Source: Rubripirellula sp.
GTDB taxonomy: Bacteria > Planctomycetota > Planctomycetia > Pirellulales > Pirellulaceae
Assembly (NCBI GenBank): GCA_965216875.1
Contig: OZ244207.1
Span: 6,592,001-6,656,000, forward strand
Direction of reading: 5' to 3'
Length of the DNA stretch: 64,000 bases
This document shows, piece by piece, positions 60,865-64,000 of the stretch. Position 1 is the stretch's first letter. Each line of letters begins with the position of its first letter. A program made the translations under genes and the position numbers. The notes under the pieces were generated by a model that saw nothing but the letters and a program-made list of their open reading frames with translations, did not search any database and had not been told where the DNA came from.

Positions 60865-63862
60865 AGCCGCTGACCCGAAAACGTTGTCGATAGATGCGCT
60901 GCGGCAAATCGAAGAAGTTTGCACTCGGTTTGAATCGATCGAAAAAGCGGACGATCGGGACATCGATCAGTTCCTCTCGGGTTTCACCGGCGCCGCCCGC
61001 GAGGCATTGCTCTGTGAGCTCGCTGGCCTCGACGCCGAACTACGCCAAGCCGAGGGCGGACCCAAACAATCGGCCGAAGACTATTTGAAGCATGCTGATG
61101 ATTCGTGCGACCGCCAAGGGCTCGCCGAAAGAATTGAGAACGTCCTTCGAGGTGGTGAAGACAATCCGCCCTTACGTTCACCACGGTATCGATTTGTTGA
61201 AAGGGTCGGCGCGGGCGGACTTAGCATCGTCTGGCGAGTCTTCGATGCGCACGGCCAGCGACCGCTCGCCGTCAAGTTGCTGCTGCCGCGGTTCGCAAAC
61301 GATGCCACCGCACAAGGTCGCTTGAATCGCGAAGCGCTGCTGACCGGTTCATTGCAGCATCCGGGAATCCCGCCAGTTTACGATCACGGTCAGCTCGATT
61401 CTGGCGACGCATTCTTCTCGATGAAACTCGTCGATGGCGACACCTTCGAGAGTATTTTGAAGCAGCGCGACCCGAGCAAAGACGACCTCGCTCATTGCCT
61501 TGGGATATTCGAACAGGTCTCTCAAACGCTCGCCTACGCGCACGCGCAGGGCATCATTCATCGAGACCTGAAACCTCAAAACGTCATGGTCGGCCGTTTC
61601 GGCGAAGTCCAAGTGATGGACTGGGGGATGGCCAAGCGATTGGGTGAGTCTTCAGAGCATGAATCGCCATTGGCCGGGTTGGACGGCGATTCGTCACAGT
61701 CGGCAACCGACACCGCATCCTCGGCCGCCGACAGTTCGCTCCAGCATGCTCGCCACAGTTTGACCGCTGCCGGCGATGTGCTCGGCACACCTTGCTACAT
61801 GCCGCCGGAACAAGCACGTGGTGATGTTGAATCGCTTGACCAACGCAGTGATGTCTTTGGACTCGGTGCGATGCTGTTCGAAATCCTGATGCGACGTCGA
61901 CTCTACCTGGGCGAAACCGCCGGCGAAGTCCTCGTTCGTGCTGCTGCCGGCGACCACGCCGATGCGATCACGTCGCTTCAAGAAAGCGACGTGGATCAAG
62001 ATCTGGCCGACTTGTGCAAACAATGCCTCGAAAACGATCCGAGTGCACGTCCGATTGACGCAGGAGAAGTTGCTAAGCGAATCGCCGGTTACCTCGAAGG
62101 CGTTCAAGAACGTCTCAAACGCGCCGAGATCCAACGACACGAGGCGATTGTTCGGGCCGATGCAGAATCCAAACGTCGCCGAATTTTGACCGCAACCGCT
62201 TCGATTGTCGTTCTGGTCACCTTGCTCGGTGCGGCCGGTGTCGGTTGGCAATGGAACAAAGCCGTGGAAGCGAACGAAAAAGCAACCGCGGCACTCGACT
62301 TGGCGGACAAACGCTTCGAACAAGCTCAAGACATCGTCGACGACTATCTGACCGAAGTCGCTCAACCAGACGGCGTCCTGGCGCGAACGCCCGGCACCCA
62401 GGCGCTCCAACGTGTGCTGCTCGAGAAAGCACGTGATTACTACGAGTTGTTCCTGGCCGAGTCCGAAAACAATCCCTCCGTCCGTTTCGAAACGGCGCAG
62501 GCCTACGCCCGGTTGGGGCAAATCAGCGCGATCCTTGATCCTGCAAGCAACGAAACGTTCGAGCTGTACGACAAAGCGACCAATCTCTACCAGCAGCTTA
62601 TCGACCAAGAGGGCGAAGATCCCGAGTACCTCAAAGCACTCGCCGAAGCGAACGGCGCAATCGGGAACGATCATTTTGTGGCAAGTCGGTTTCCAGATGC
62701 GGAAACCTTCTATTCAAAGAGCATTGACGCGGGAACCCGGTTGGTCACTTTGCGCGGAGATGCCGACGATGTGTTGACCCTCGCCAAGTCGACTCACAAC
62801 CTGGGGCACTCGAAAAGCCAGCGTGGGGACAAGAAAGGCGCCGAGCCGCTGTTGGTCGAAGCACTTGATTTGACCAAGCCGCTGCTCGAAACCCATCGAG
62901 ACGAATCCGAGCACCTGTTTCACATTTCGAACATGTATTCGAACGCCGGGACGTTTTTCGGATTCAAAAAAGGTGACTGGAAACGTTCGCTCGAGCTCTA
63001 CGAGAAAGCCGTCGAATTGCGTGAACACTTGGTCGAAATCGATTCGCAACATCGAAACAAACACGCACTCGCAGGTGGATACAACAATGTCGGTCTGGCC
63101 CTTTACCAAGCACGGCGAATCGATGAAGCCAAAGCGGCTTTCATCAAGGCCGCCGAAATTCGAGAGGTGTTGATCGTCGAAAACCCCGCGATTCATGAAT
63201 ACGCTCACAAACTTGGCGATACCTACATGAACCTGGGGACCTTTTCGATCAAACAAGGCTTCGAGCAGGACTCCCTCCAGTACTACGAGAAATCGGCCGA
63301 CACCTTTTTGAAGCTCGCCGAGACCTACCCGCATATCGTCAAGTTCCACAAAGAAGCGATCAACGCGATCTTCAGCAAGGCGAACATCAATCCAGGGCAC
63401 GAACGCGCGGTGCCACAGATTCGCCATATGATCGAGGTCTACGATCGGTTGATCGAACTCAATCCTGACAACCGAAGTTTCCCTCGGTTAAAGGCGCTCT
63501 TCCTTTGCGTGATTCCCGACCCGCCGATGGACGAAGTGTTGCAGTTGACGAATCGTTACCAGCTTGGACAAAAGGGAACAACACCGGCCGAGTTGACGGT
63601 ACGCGCGTTGGTTCTCTATCGCGACCAACAGTACGAGCTTGCATCGGATCACTTGAAGGCGATACCGCAAGGCAAGTATGACGGCGCCACGTGGGCGCTT
63701 ACTGCACTGGTGCAACACAAGTTGGATGACAAGCAAGCCGCCAAGAGTCTCGAAAAGGCTCGCAAGATCATCAACAAAAACAAGTTTCCCGACTACGAGT
63801 ACTTCGCCCTGCTCCGAGAAGCGGATCAGACGATCAAGTCCTCAGCCGAAACCGTCGACTGA
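60851..63862 (+). CDS. Hanks-type Ser/Thr protein kinase with a TM helix and C-terminal TPR repeats
   Basis: GAGGLSIV, AVK, HRDLKPQN, DWG, GTPCYMPPE and DVFGLG; TM ASIVVLVTLLGAAGVGW; TPR-like helices. Start is ATG 60851 or 60857; the ORF track opens at 60815. Confidence 0.93.
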   Translation: MTMSKAADPKTLSIDALRQIEEVCTRFESIEKADDRDIDQFLSGFTGAAREALLCELAGLDAELRQAEGGPKQSAEDYLKHADDSCDRQGLAERIENVLRGGEDNPPLRSPRYRFVERVGAGGLSIVWRVFDAHGQRPLAVKLLLPRFANDATAQGRLNREALLTGSLQHPGIPPVYDHGQLDSGDAFFSMKLVDGDTFESILKQRDPSKDDLAHCLGIFEQVSQTLAYAHAQGIIHRDLKPQNVMVGRFGEVQVMDWGMAKRLGESSEHESPLAGLDGDSSQSATDTASSAADSSLQHARHSLTAAGDVLGTPCYMPPEQARGDVESLDQRSDVFGLGAMLFEILMRRRLYLGETAGEVLVRAAAGDHADAITSLQESDVDQDLADLCKQCLENDPSARPIDAGEVAKRIAGYLEGVQERLKRAEIQRHEAIVRADAESKRRRILTATASIVVLVTLLGAAGVGWQWNKAVEANEKATAALDLADKRFEQAQDIVDDYLTEVAQPDGVLARTPGTQALQRVLLEKARDYYELFLAESENNPSVRFETAQAYARLGQISAILDPASNETFELYDKATNLYQQLIDQEGEDPEYLKALAEANGAIGNDHFVASRFPDAETFYSKSIDAGTRLVTLRGDADDVLTLAKSTHNLGHSKSQRGDKKGAEPLLVEALDLTKPLLETHRDESEHLFHISNMYSNAGTFFGFKKGDWKRSLELYEKAVELREHLVEIDSQHRNKHALAGGYNNVGLALYQARRIDEAKAAFIKAAEIREVLIVENPAIHEYAHKLGDTYMNLGTFSIKQGFEQDSLQYYEKSADTFLKLAETYPHIVKFHKEAINAIFSKANINPGHERAVPQIRHMIEVYDRLIELNPDNRSFPRLKALFLCVIPDPPMDEVLQLTNRYQLGQKGTTPAELTVRALVLYRDQQYELASDHLKAIPQGKYDGATWALTALVQHKLDDKQAAKSLEKARKIINKNKFPDYEYFALLREADQTIKSSAETVD

Positions 63863-63896
63863 GGACCGATCTCTTCGAATCGTTTTGCTTTGCCGA

Positions 63897-64000
63897 TCAC
63901 TCGAGTTCGATAGTGATCTGCTCGATCTCGCCGTTGAATTCGTTTCCGTGTTGTGGGTAGTCGGGCGAAACAGGCGTGTGGTAGTCGACGCCAACGTCAG
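63897..64000 (-). CDS. 3' end of a probable arylsulfatase (partial)
   Basis: The reverse strand reads DVGVDYHTPVSPDYPQHGNEFNGEIEQITIELE*, matching the C-terminal DVGxD..PVS.DY..F.G.I motif of long arylsulfatases. Confidence 0.6.
   Translation of the reverse strand, partial: DVGVDYHTPVSPDYPQHGNEFNGEIEQITIELE

Overview
GC-rich bacterial DNA, most likely from a planctomycete of the Pirellula/Rhodopirellula type. This is inferred from N-terminal 'LExLExRxLL' export motifs on two giant proteins, an ECF sigma factor paired with a Ser/Thr kinase, and sulfatase and fucosidase genes. From left to right: (1) 1-11760 is one tightly coupled + strand operon. Its chemosensory core (CheW, a sensor-less MCP, a hybrid CheA-REC, a REC-DUF4388 regulator) continues without a break into an FHA/coiled-coil protein, a second coiled-coil protein, a cytoplasmic FGE/SUMF1-fold protein, a zinc-ribbon TRAFAC-type GTPase and a GAP1-N2-like protein. 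This fusion of a chemosensory pathway to a GTPase/GAP1 module is the most unusual feature of the window. (2) A catalytically degenerate trypsin-like protein and a CaCA antiporter. (3) A ~15.9 kb segment bracketed by inverted composite REP-like arrays. It holds a 4588-aa Rhs/YD polymorphic toxin with an alpha/beta-hydrolase (lipase-like) tip, candidate immunity genes and an HD-domain gene. (4) A GH29 fucosidase-like gene, a Tat-exported PhtD-like binding-protein fold and a repeat-rich secreted protein. (5) An 8518-aa RTX/PKD/cadherin adhesin with a metzincin motif, divergent from an ECF sigma factor plus Ser/Thr kinase-TPR pair. (6) The 3' end of a probable arylsulfatase. All domain calls come from motif recognition by eye; no database searches were run.
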